Shown piece after piece: positions 9,416-18,161 of a stretch of DNA of 64,000 bases (positions are counted from its first letter, which is position 1; each line of letters opens with the position of its first letter). The translations under genes and the position numbers were made by a program. Origin of the DNA: an uncultured Treponema sp. (lineage in GTDB: Bacteria; Spirochaetota; Spirochaetia; Treponematales; Treponemataceae); assembly GCA_964429975.1 (NCBI GenBank), contig CAYSEA010000001.1, positions 52,096 to 116,095 of the forward strand, read 5' to 3'. The notes under the pieces were generated by a model that was given only the letters and a program-made list of their open reading frames with translations, was not told the DNA's origin and made no database searches.

Positions 9416-11733
9416 TTCGAACCCCCTTCGTATTTTTCTGTCACTATTTTTCCCTTCCGGTCAAATCTGGAAAGAACCACTACGAAAATTGTCAATGTTA
9501 CTAGTGCCGATGTTCCCATATTGAGCGCGATAAGCGCACCGACATGTCGGTTCGGCGGAAAAAGACTCGTAAGCAATACCGCGAATCCGCCGATAACCGC
9601 AAAAGCGTTATGGAGAATGGAACGACCGGTGTGCGCTACCGTTTTAGAAGCCGCCGACTCAACTGTCTCGCCGGCGGAACGTTCATGTACATACCGCTCG
9701 ATAAAGTGAATTGCGTAGTCAATCCCGATGCCGATGGCGATTCCTGAAATGATCGCGGTTGAGGAGCTGAGCGGAATACCGGTGAGGCCCATCGTTCCAA
9801 AATTGATAATTGCTGTAAAGGCGATCGGTATGGTGCCTGCAAGTCCGATAAACGCATTTTTGAACATGAGAGAAATGAGCAGGAACACAATCAGGAACGA
9901 AAGTGCGAGTCCGCTTATCTGGCCCTTGAGAAGAAGCCCGGAGAACACAAGCGACTTGTAACCGCTTCCGGCATACCGAATCGCAATTCCCTTTTTTTCA
10001 AATCCAGCAGCATAGGTCTCCACGTGATCCACAATTGTCTGCATTTTGGCGGAGCTGTCGCTTTTGAGCTGGAATGCCAGATTCGCTTCCCTATAGTCAT
10101 AATCGACTACTCGTTCTAAATTCTCGGGGTCGCCGGACATTTCATAAAGTAGAAGATACTGAGCGATCATTTCCCGATCATCTGGAATAACGTCGTATTC
10201 GGGCATGTCCTCGTGCATGACTCGATGCATGCGCTGTACATAGTCTGTCAGGGCAAAACTCTTTCCCACGAGAGAATCTTTTTCGATGTCTTTCTGTAGG
10301 GCTGAAACAAGGCGCAGGACTTCGGGATCCTTGAAAGTTTCCGCATCCTTCGCAGATAACACGACATTCAGGGTGGATGTCCCGCCGAAATTCTCGTTGA
10401 CGAAGGTGTCGGTACGAACGATATCGCTGTTCTTCTGGAAGTTCGCGAGAAAGCTCGTGTCGATCCAAACCTTGCTTGCGCCTATCGCGAAGAGTACCAG
10501 TATTACAAGTCCAGCCGCAACGATTACCGTTGCGCGTGTAAACAGAAGCGACGTAAACCGTGTTGCCCCCGTAGTCCAGCGAGAATCAGATTGGTCGGAT
10601 ACTGTTTTTTTCTGTTCCTTGAGTCGGGGAACCCCGAAAATCCGTATCGCCGCGGGAAAGAGAAAGAGCGCTCCCGCCATTTCAACTAGAACACCAAACG
10701 CGGTAAACAGGCCGAAATAACGGACTGGCAAGACCTCGCTAGTCATGAGAGAAAGGAAGCCAACCGCCGTCGTTAACGACGTCATGATAACCGGTCGGGT
10801 CATGTCTTTCATGGTTCGGGCAATGAGCGTCTCACGATCTATTTTCGGTTCTTTTCGTACGAACGACTGAATCGTATTATGAAGATGTATACCGTCCGCG
10901 ACGCCGACGGCTATGAGCATGACCGGAATCATGGTACTCACGGTATAGACCGGAACGCCGAGCCACGCCATGCCCCCGAAAGCTGCCAGAGTACCAATGG
11001 TAACGATGCCCATATTGATAACAGTACTCCGGACGGATCGCATGATGACGAGCAGTAGCACGATCATTATGCCGAACACGAGCGGTGCCATTCGGGCCAT
11101 GTCTTTCGGACCGAGACGTGTCATCTCGCCTTCCACAACGGGGCGTCCCGCGACGTGAATGGTTTCCGGTCCGCTTTGTTCCCCGGCGAACGCTTGCAAT
11201 CGGCGGTAAAAATCTGGAGTAAACGCATCGTCGACAATTTCCGCAATGATGAGGGACGAACGGCCGTCATCGCTTACTAGTTTGCCTTGAATCATGCGAT
11301 TGCCTGACACAGCGCGCTTAAGATCGCTCAATTCCTCTGGAGACTGCGGAACCTCATCGTAAAAAGACGCAACCGTTAAGCCCCATTCATCCGAGGAGAT
11401 GTTTTCTGCAGTGTACAGAGATGTTATTGAGTCTTCTTCGATTTCGGGAAACTGCTCGGCCAGAGATCGAGTGATATCTTTTATCTTTCCGAGTGTTCCC
11501 GGGTTGTATAACGTTTCTGGGTGCTCAATCGCGATCAGAACCGCATCCTGTATACCGAAGAGCGTTTCCGCTTGATCGCTGTATACAAACGCAGGATGGT
11601 CTGAGGGCATGTATTCGTCAAGATCAGTTTCCAGTCTGACACGGGATTTGATCCCTGCAATGAAAAACACGGCGAATGCCACAAATGCGAACACGACGAG
11701 TGCTGCTTTCCGCTTATTCCAGTTTTCCTTCAT
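9412..11733 (-). CDS. MMPL/RND-family transporter
   Basis: AAGGAG RBS before ATG 11733; two repeats with IAVGVADGIH and GIGIDYAIH; TSLTTAVGF. Confidence 0.92.
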   Translation of the reverse strand: MKENWNKRKAALVVFAFVAFAVFFIAGIKSRVRLETDLDEYMPSDHPAFVYSDQAETLFGIQDAVLIAIEHPETLYNPGTLGKIKDITRSLAEQFPEIEEDSITSLYTAENISSDEWGLTVASFYDEVPQSPEELSDLKRAVSGNRMIQGKLVSDDGRSSLIIAEIVDDAFTPDFYRRLQAFAGEQSGPETIHVAGRPVVEGEMTRLGPKDMARMAPLVFGIMIVLLLVIMRSVRSTVINMGIVTIGTLAAFGGMAWLGVPVYTVSTMIPVMLIAVGVADGIHLHNTIQSFVRKEPKIDRETLIARTMKDMTRPVIMTSLTTAVGFLSLMTSEVLPVRYFGLFTAFGVLVEMAGALFLFPAAIRIFGVPRLKEQKKTVSDQSDSRWTTGATRFTSLLFTRATVIVAAGLVILVLFAIGASKVWIDTSFLANFQKNSDIVRTDTFVNENFGGTSTLNVVLSAKDAETFKDPEVLRLVSALQKDIEKDSLVGKSFALTDYVQRMHRVMHEDMPEYDVIPDDREMIAQYLLLYEMSGDPENLERVVDYDYREANLAFQLKSDSSAKMQTIVDHVETYAAGFEKKGIAIRYAGSGYKSLVFSGLLLKGQISGLALSFLIVFLLISLMFKNAFIGLAGTIPIAFTAIINFGTMGLTGIPLSSSTAIISGIAIGIGIDYAIHFIERYVHERSAGETVESAASKTVAHTGRSILHNAFAVIGGFAVLLTSLFPPNRHVGALIALNMGTSALVTLTIFVVVLSRFDRKGKIVTEKYEGGSK

Positions 11734-11782
11734 TAGCCACTCCTTGAAGTAGTTATCGATCACTATCTTTATGGTAAAAAAA

Positions 11783-12358
11783 TTATCTTTTGAGTAAAAT
11801 AGTTAACATATCCGACACTCGTCCTTTTTCGTCAACGAGATGAACCTTGCCGTTACTGAGACTGCAACGGGTTATTGTTACGCGGATGCAGCCCATAACC
11901 AGTAGAGAAAGGTCCTCCGCTTCAATGTCATTGCGTATTGCGCCTCTATTTTGCTGTGCGGCTAATCCCCGAGCAAGCATTTTGGCATTGGATGTAATCA
12001 TTTTATAAACACGGGTTTTCAGCGCAGGTTCTGCATGAAATGCTTCTTCGGAGAATAAGAGCGGAGCAATCGTCTCCCTTCTACTGAGCGCTTCAAACAA
12101 GTCCGCAATAAAGTCCTTCAGAGGATTTGACCCACCCATGGTTTCCAGTTTTACAAAAAGAGAAACGATCGCTTGCTGAAAATCATCTAAAAGACATTCA
12201 AGGATTGCCAGTTTGCTGGGAAAGTGCCGGTATAACGCTGGTTCCGAAACGCCCACCATCTCGGCGACACGGCGTACTGTTAAGGCACTGAACCCATGCG
12301 CCCCAATGATGCGTACTGCCGCATCAAGAATTTCCTGCTGGCGACTTGTCCGTTCCAT
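11783..12358 (-). CDS. TetR/AcrR-family regulator
   Basis: GFSALTVRRVAEMVGVSEPALYRHFPSK HTH. Confidence 0.95.
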   Translation of the reverse strand: MERTSRQQEILDAAVRIIGAHGFSALTVRRVAEMVGVSEPALYRHFPSKLAILECLLDDFQQAIVSLFVKLETMGGSNPLKDFIADLFEALSRRETIAPLLFSEEAFHAEPALKTRVYKMITSNAKMLARGLAAQQNRGAIRNDIEAEDLSLLVMGCIRVTITRCSLSNGKVHLVDEKGRVSDMLTILLKR

Positions 12359-12381
12359 TGCATTCTCCCGAGATGATACGT

Positions 12382-12403
12382 AGTTAGTTATCTATTACTA
12401 ACT
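12382..12403. promoter_or_regulatory. Putative TetR operator AGTTAGT-N8-ACTAACT
   Basis: Perfect 7-bp inverted repeat just upstream of tetR, with outer GATAC/GTATC arms. Confidence 0.65.
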
Positions 12404-12509
12404 TACTGTATCAGAATCGAGATGTCAATAGATATCACTCTCTATATCGCTCCCCTGTCCCCATTGGGTCGTAATGGTGTACAATTAGGCGTTCTGGGGG
12501 TGGGTGTTT

Positions 12510-14018
12510 ATGGAAACGCGGATTCAGTCCGTTGCGCATTTGGTCGTTTCCCTGTATGCGATGTTTCTCTTTCTCGAAGGCATCAGACGGCGACGGGACA
12601 TTGAACGTTTTAATTACGTCTCGCTCGTCAATGCGGGAATCGGTGCCTGGAACTTCCTTCTATTTCTGTATTACGGAATGGACACACCAGATGCCGTCTA
12701 TAAGATTTCCCAGTGGGGATTCGTCAGCGTCAACGTGACTATCTTCGGGCTTTTCTTCTTTTCCTGGCGGCTTTCGTTTGGTCGCGCGCGGGACCGTTTG
12801 TTGCCGCTATTCGCCGCGGTTCCCGTCGCAACGTGCTTGCTTTCGGTCACGTCTTCGTTTCAACCGCTGTTTTTAGCGGGCCATAGCGGTTTTAGTTACT
12901 TGCCTATGAGAGAACTTGAGATTCTACACGGACCTTGGTTCGTCGTTCATTCGGTCTCCAGCTATCTTCTTATTACCGTCTCATTGGTCTTGCTTGTCAT
13001 TCAGTATTTCAAGTCGCGACGAAATACTCGGGCAGCGATGCTCTTGTTCGTGGCATCCAGCGTGATCTTCTCGATATTTCTCTTTTTATCCAACTTCACG
13101 AACCTCAAAGGCACGATTCAACCATACGCCTTCCTTGGCCATCTCTTTTGCGTGAGCGTGTTCTACTGGGCGACGTTTTTGGACGAAGACGAATCCGTGG
13201 TGTACTTTGGCAAGAATCGATTCTACGACAGCGTCGGCTTGCCCGTCTTGATGTTCAATGCAGCCGGAGAACTCTTGCACCTCAACGACGAGGCCCAGCG
13301 GTATTTCGAAGAGTTCGGATTTTTGCCCGCAAAACACGCGATGTATGATCGTCTTTTCGACAAATCTCTTTTTTCCCGAATCGATATCGGCTCCGGACCA
13401 GAGGGCGACCCCTCGTTTTTCGTTCAGAACGTGAAGACCGCGCAAACCCTGTACGTGGGCCAGCGGGATATCCTCAACGTCCGCCGAAAGCGTATCGGGT
13501 ATTCTCTGTCGCTCTATGACCTTTCGACGATAGACTCCTTCGTAAAAGATTTGGAAAAGCGTGCCTATATCGATACGCTATGCCGATGTCAGAACCGGAC
13601 CTGCTTTGATCAACGGCGGGGGAAGATACTTGAGAGCGCCCCTCGTCCTCTCGTCCTTTTTGTCGCAGACGTCGATAATCTTAAGGCGGTTAACGATCAA
13701 TACGGTCATGCGGCCGGCGACGAGTACATCCGCGCGTGCGCAGACATTTTAAGGAAAGTAACGCGTTCGACCGATTCCCTGTTTCGCATCGGTGGAGACG
13801 AGTTTGTTTTCTTTCTTTCGGGTCTCGACGAGGCAGGCCTTTTTCGCGTGCAAAATTCGCTCGCCGCCGAAATATCGGCGCTTGCCACGGAGTATCCCCG
13901 CGGACTCTCCCTCGGATACTCGGTGCTCGGCGAAGGCGACTATGATTTCGACAAGCATTTCAAGATCGCCGACGAAAAAATGTACTGCCAAAAAAGACTA
14001 AAGAAAGAAACGCCCTAA
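12510..14018 (+). CDS. Diguanylate cyclase with N-terminal 7TM sensor (HisKA-7TM-like)
   Basis: About 7 TM helices; DVDNLKAVNDQYGHAAGD; RSTD I-site; intact GGDEF. Confidence 0.92.
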   Translation: METRIQSVAHLVVSLYAMFLFLEGIRRRRDIERFNYVSLVNAGIGAWNFLLFLYYGMDTPDAVYKISQWGFVSVNVTIFGLFFFSWRLSFGRARDRLLPLFAAVPVATCLLSVTSSFQPLFLAGHSGFSYLPMRELEILHGPWFVVHSVSSYLLITVSLVLLVIQYFKSRRNTRAAMLLFVASSVIFSIFLFLSNFTNLKGTIQPYAFLGHLFCVSVFYWATFLDEDESVVYFGKNRFYDSVGLPVLMFNAAGELLHLNDEAQRYFEEFGFLPAKHAMYDRLFDKSLFSRIDIGSGPEGDPSFFVQNVKTAQTLYVGQRDILNVRRKRIGYSLSLYDLSTIDSFVKDLEKRAYIDTLCRCQNRTCFDQRRGKILESAPRPLVLFVADVDNLKAVNDQYGHAAGDEYIRACADILRKVTRSTDSLFRIGGDEFVFFLSGLDEAGLFRVQNSLAAEISALATEYPRGLSLGYSVLGEGDYDFDKHFKIADEKMYCQKRLKKETP

Positions 14019-14087
14019 GGCGAAAGGCCGACCGACGCGCGAAAAGGTACGGCGAAAACGCCGTTTACATGGTACAGTGTGCGAACT

Positions 14088-14906
14088 ATGACAGATTATT
14101 CTATCGTTGACCTCGAGACGCGGGACGTTCCCTCGCTCGATTGTATTAAGCCCGATACGTGGTCCGGCATAACCGCAATTCACGAGCACTATCTGAAATG
14201 CGGGAATTGCGCGTGCGTGAAAGCCGTAAGCCCGACGGGAGCCCTTCTCGGAATCGGCACGGCTATCGAGTTCGGAACTACCTCATGGCTTGCCCATATC
14301 ATCGTTTCAGGCGCTCACCAGAGAAAGGGTATCGGCTCCCTCATCGTCGATCGGCTTGTCGGGTATTTACGGGACGAACGCGGCTGTCGGACCATTACCT
14401 TGACGGCCACCGATCAAGGATATCCCGTGTATAGAAGGGCCGGGTTCGCCGAAGAAAGTATGTATGCGATTTTGGAAAGGCCGGAGGGTTCGGAGATTCT
14501 TCGTACGGAAAATTCCCTTATTCGCGCGATCGATAAAGAAGAATATGACGAGGCGTTGAGGATTGATCTTGAAGCGTCAGGCGAAGACCGCTCCGTCTTT
14601 TTGCGTCCGGTTTTGAAGGATGCCCTCGTCTACGCGGAAGGCGATACGGTGCTCGGTTTTTACATTCCCGGCTTCGGCGACGGCGGCGTTTCGGCTTTGA
14701 CCGAAAAAGCGGGGCATGCCCTGTTGGGCGAGAGGACGATGGACGGCCGTAAAATATTCCTTCCCGTGGAAAACCGGAGTGGATACGATTATCTCGTTTC
14801 TTTGGGCTATTCGGAAGTCAAGCGGATTCATCGCATGATACTCGGGGAACCCTTTCCCCGAAAGCCCGAGTTCTGCTATTCGCGTATCGGCGGATTCGCG
14901 GGGTAA
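14088..14906 (+). CDS. GNAT-family N-acetyltransferase
   Basis: HQRKGIGS acetyl-CoA motif; LTATDQGYPVYRRAGF. Confidence 0.9.
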   Translation: MTDYSIVDLETRDVPSLDCIKPDTWSGITAIHEHYLKCGNCACVKAVSPTGALLGIGTAIEFGTTSWLAHIIVSGAHQRKGIGSLIVDRLVGYLRDERGCRTITLTATDQGYPVYRRAGFAEESMYAILERPEGSEILRTENSLIRAIDKEEYDEALRIDLEASGEDRSVFLRPVLKDALVYAEGDTVLGFYIPGFGDGGVSALTEKAGHALLGERTMDGRKIFLPVENRSGYDYLVSLGYSEVKRIHRMILGEPFPRKPEFCYSRIGGFAG

Positions 14907-15006
14907 ACGGATTACGGCATCGCTTTTTTTCCGGAAGAAGACTTGCCCTACAGGCCTCGGCCTCGTGCCTCGGTCTTCCGGGACGCCTTGTGGCCTGTCG
15001 GGCGCG

Positions 15007-15157
15007 TACGTCCCTTCGGGCCGTTTGTCTAGTGGAAGAGGATTGACAGCCACTTCTCGCTACGCTGCGAAGCGGCTGGGCATACGTCCCATGGGCCGTT
15101 TGCCTAATGGAAATTTATTGATTACCGCTTCTCGCTTCGCTGTGAAGCGGCTGGGCA
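15007..15157. repeat. Imperfect 76/75-bp tandem repeat inside the distal module
   Basis: TACGTCCC...GGGCCGTTTG...GAAGCGGCTGGGCA at 15007-15082 and 15083-15157. Confidence 0.9.
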
Positions 15158-15175
15158 TCAAGTCTTCTTCAGATT

Positions 15176-15214
15176 AAAAAAAGAGGACCACCTGAAGGTG
15201 ATCCTCTTTTTTTT
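15176..15214. terminator. Bidirectional terminator, duplicated copy
   Basis: A7-GAGGACCACCT-G-AAGGTGATCCTC-T8. Confidence 0.85.
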
Positions 15215-15355
15215 CCCCGGAAGAAGACTTGCTCTACAGACCTCGGCCTCGTGCCTCGGTCTTCCGGGACGCCTACGGAACCTGTCGCGGCCCTCCCTGG
15301 CCGCTACTCCTCGCATTCGCTCGGCGGTTCCTCCGGTTCAAGTCTTCTTCAGAAT

Positions 15356-15393
15356 AAAAAAAGAGGACCACCTAAAGGTGATCCTCTTTTTTT
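15356..15393. terminator. Bidirectional terminator directly after tRNA-Leu
   Basis: A7-GAGGACCACCT-A-AAGGTGATCCTC-T7. Confidence 0.85.
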
Positions 15394-15477
15394 CCCCGGA
15401 AGAAGACTTGAACTTCCATGCCCGTGAAGGCGCTAGTACCTGAAACTAGTGTGTCTACCAATTCCACCATCCGGGGA
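15392..15477 (-). tRNA. tRNA-Leu(CAG)
   Basis: TCCCCGG/CCGGGGA acceptor stem; TGGTGGAATTGGTAGACAC D-arm; CTAGT-TTCAGGT-ACTAG anticodon arm; long variable arm; GTTCAAGTC T-loop; CCA not encoded. Confidence 0.96.
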
Positions 15478-15547
15478 TGCGCAACGAAGCGCATGTCGAA
15501 TGTACCGGAAAGGGCAGTGCGCTGTCAAGGCGACCGGCGCTTTTGCG

Positions 15548-17014
15548 TTAAACCGTATAGGTACGCGACGTTGTATTTCCGCCGTGACCGGTCCAGTCCG
15601 TATGGAAGAACTCCCCCCGCGGCCGGTCGGTTCGCTCGTAGGTATGGGCACCGAAGTAATCGCGTTGTGCCTGCAGGAGATTTGCCGGGAGCCGCGCGCT
15701 CCGGTAGCCGTCGAACCAGGATAGGGCCGAGGAAAGCGCCGGAACGGGGAGGGCGCGCGACACCGCGTCGGAGACGACCCGCCGCCAGCCGGCTTGATCT
15801 GCCGCGAGCGCTTTTGCGAAATCCCCCGAAAGCGCGAGATTCGGAATAGACGGGTCGGACTCGAAGGCCGCGGCGATCCGGTCAAGAAAGGCCGAGCGGA
15901 TGATGCAACCGCCGCGCCAGATTTTCGCGATAGACGCGAGATCGAGTTTCCATTCATTCGCATCTGAAGCCGCGCGAATGAGCTCGAAGCCCTGTGCGTA
16001 CGACACTATTTTCGCCGCATAGAGTGCGCTTTCAAGATCGGCGAGAACGCCCGTTCGGTCGCCGGTAGGGGCTAACGTCGCGGCGTGTCGCGAACGCGAG
16101 TCCGCAAGGATCTCGCTTGCGCGAACGCGATCGTCCTTTTGCGCCGAAAGGGCGCGCGCGAATACCGACTCCACGATGAGCGTGAGGGGAACGCCCTCGT
16201 CGAGCGCGGCCATCCCCGTCCATTTTCCCGTACCCTTCTGGCCCGCGGCGTCGAGGATCTTTTCCACGAGCGGGCTTCCGTCCGCGTCGCGAAACGCGAG
16301 AATCTCCGAGGTGATCTCCACGAGGTAGGATTCGAGCTTTCCCCGGTTCCACGACGCGAAGACGTCCGCCATCTCGTCGTACGTAAGCGCGAGAGACTCC
16401 TTCATGATCCAGTAAATCTCGGAGATGATCTGCATGTCGCCGTACTCGATGCCGTTGTGGACCATCTTCACGAAATGCCCGGCGCCGCCGGGACCTATCC
16501 ATTCGCAGCAGGGACTCCCGTCGGGAGCCTTCGCGGCGATCGCCTGAAAAATCGGCTTGAGTCCGCTCCATGCCGCCTCGTCGCCTCCCGGCATGATCGA
16601 CGGCCCGTTGAGCGCTCCTTCCTCGCCGCCCGACACTCCCGTCCCGACGAAATGCATGCCGCGAGACGCGAGGTAGTCGACCCTGCGAGCCGTATCGGCC
16701 CAATTTGAGTTTCCGCCGTCAATGATCGTGTCCCCTTTCTCGAGGAAGGGAAGCAGTTGTTCAATAACCGAATCGACGGGAGGGCCCGCCTTTATCATCA
16801 TCATGATTTTTCGCGGGGCCGCGACCGCCTCGACGAGTTCCCGGAGCGATTCCGCCCGGACGAACTTGAGTCCGCGTCCCCTCCCGGCGAGAAACGCGTC
16901 CAACACGGCGGTCGTTTTGTTGTGAACCGCGACCGTGAAGCCGTTTCGCTCCATGTTGAGCGCGAGATTCTCTCCCATCACCGCGAGCCCGATAAAACCG
17001 ATATCTGCCTTCAT
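15548..17014 (-). CDS. gnd: 6-phosphogluconate dehydrogenase, decarboxylating
   Basis: IGLAVMGENLALN, KMVHNGIEYGDMQ and QAQRDYFGAHTY motifs. Confidence 0.98.
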   Translation of the reverse strand: MKADIGFIGLAVMGENLALNMERNGFTVAVHNKTTAVLDAFLAGRGRGLKFVRAESLRELVEAVAAPRKIMMMIKAGPPVDSVIEQLLPFLEKGDTIIDGGNSNWADTARRVDYLASRGMHFVGTGVSGGEEGALNGPSIMPGGDEAAWSGLKPIFQAIAAKAPDGSPCCEWIGPGGAGHFVKMVHNGIEYGDMQIISEIYWIMKESLALTYDEMADVFASWNRGKLESYLVEITSEILAFRDADGSPLVEKILDAAGQKGTGKWTGMAALDEGVPLTLIVESVFARALSAQKDDRVRASEILADSRSRHAATLAPTGDRTGVLADLESALYAAKIVSYAQGFELIRAASDANEWKLDLASIAKIWRGGCIIRSAFLDRIAAAFESDPSIPNLALSGDFAKALAADQAGWRRVVSDAVSRALPVPALSSALSWFDGYRSARLPANLLQAQRDYFGAHTYERTDRPRGEFFHTDWTGHGGNTTSRTYTV

Positions 17015-17091
17015 CGCGCGTACTCCTCGTACTAAGTATAGCCAAAAAAGCGGTGGATGGGGAAAATTTTCGAAGAGACGGACGGCGTGCG

Positions 17092-17313
17092 CTATTCGCT
17101 TATGATTATTTCCGCCGTTTCCGACGGGAGCGTCGCGCCTCTAATGGCGTCGGGCGTCGTTGAGGCGCGATGCGCCATGACGCCGGTGAGGGCCGCGATA
17201 CACGCGACCGCGAAAAGAAACACGATTACCGCCACGACGCGTTTGCGGGGCAGGGATACGGGACGCCGGCGTTTCGGCGAAAGGTCTATCTCGGTTGGTT
17301 GTAGTTCGGTCAT
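17092..17313 (-). CDS. Small single-TM hypothetical protein
   Basis: ATGA overlap with deoD stop; basic stretch followed by a hydrophobic helix. Confidence 0.5.
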   Translation of the reverse strand: MTELQPTEIDLSPKRRRPVSLPRKRVVAVIVFLFAVACIAALTGVMAHRASTTPDAIRGATLPSETAEIIISE

Positions 17314-18023
17314 TTCGCCCCTTCTTTCGTTGCCGCGTCAAGGGCGATCTCCATCATCGAGCGGAACGTCGTTTGCCGCTCTTCGGCGGTGGTCGCGGTG
17401 CCTTCGGCGATGTGGTCCGAGATCGTCAGTATGGCGAGCGCCTCCCTGCCGAACTTCGCGGCGAGGGTATACAGTTCGGCCGCTTCCATCTCGATCGCGA
17501 GCGCTCCGTATTCCGCCCAGAGCTTCCAGGTCGCTCCGTCGTCATAGAAGGTATCGGAGGAAGCGACGGGGCCGACCGCGGGCGTAATGCCGCGCGATTG
17601 TGCCGCGTCCCAGGCTGCCTGTAGGAGTCTGAAGCTTGCCGTCGGGGCGTAGTGACGGCCGCCGAATCGGTAGGTATTGAGGGCAGAATCCGTCGAGGCG
17701 CTCATCGCAAGGACGATGTCGCGAAGCTTCGTTTCCTTTTGAATGCCGCCGGCGGTTCCTACCCGGATTGCCGCCTGTACCCCATAAAAACGAAAGAGTT
17801 CGTTGACGTAGATCGAAAGGGACGGTTGTCCCATACCAGTTCCTTGAACGGAAACTTTCTTTCCTTTCCAGGTGCCCGTAAATCCGAGCATTCCGCGTAT
17901 TTCGTTATAGCATATAGGATTTTCTAAATAGGTTTCTGCAATGAACTTCGCTCTGAGCGGATCCCCGGGTAGAAGTACCGTTTCGGCAATCTCGCCCGGC
18001 TTCGCTCCGATATGTGTGCTCAT
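17310..18023 (-). CDS. deoD: Purine-nucleoside phosphorylase
   Basis: [28 protein letters not shown] and EMEAA motifs. Confidence 0.97.
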   Translation of the reverse strand: MSTHIGAKPGEIAETVLLPGDPLRAKFIAETYLENPICYNEIRGMLGFTGTWKGKKVSVQGTGMGQPSLSIYVNELFRFYGVQAAIRVGTAGGIQKETKLRDIVLAMSASTDSALNTYRFGGRHYAPTASFRLLQAAWDAAQSRGITPAVGPVASSDTFYDDGATWKLWAEYGALAIEMEAAELYTLAAKFGREALAILTISDHIAEGTATTAEERQTTFRSMMEIALDAATKEGAK

Positions 18024-18161
18024 GTAACTCTCCTGCTATCGCTTCCGGCCGAAAGTGCCGGTTGCGACGTAAACGTAGTATGGCGCATTACCAAAACCGC
18101 CAATGTAGGGCGATAGTAACAGGTAATTGCCGTTTATGCAAATTTGCCCCATACTGCTTGT

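Larger units (their letters stand above)
14931..15393. repeat. Two tandem modules bounded by tRNA-Leu 3'-end copies
   Basis: CCGGAAGAAGACTTG at 14931, about 15217 and in the tRNA; inverted CAAGTCTTCTTC at 15159 and 15339; shared about 35-bp GC-rich core; duplicated terminator. Confidence 0.9.

Noticed and set aside
14931-15410. CRISPR array
   Set aside because: The repeats are tRNA 3'-end copies plus terminators with unequal long spacing, only 2-3 units, and no cas genes are present.
14965-15443. Short ORFs 14965-15177 and 15198-15443
   Set aside because: They run through hairpins, terminators and the tRNA; no RBS or protein-like composition.
15392-15477. Prophage or genomic island integrated at tRNA-Leu
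   Set aside because: The att-like copies enclose under 300 bp each; no integrase and no distant att copy was seen in the window.
18032-18123. Canonical purine riboswitch
   Set aside because: Lacks the conserved loop and junction sequences; kept only as a novel candidate.
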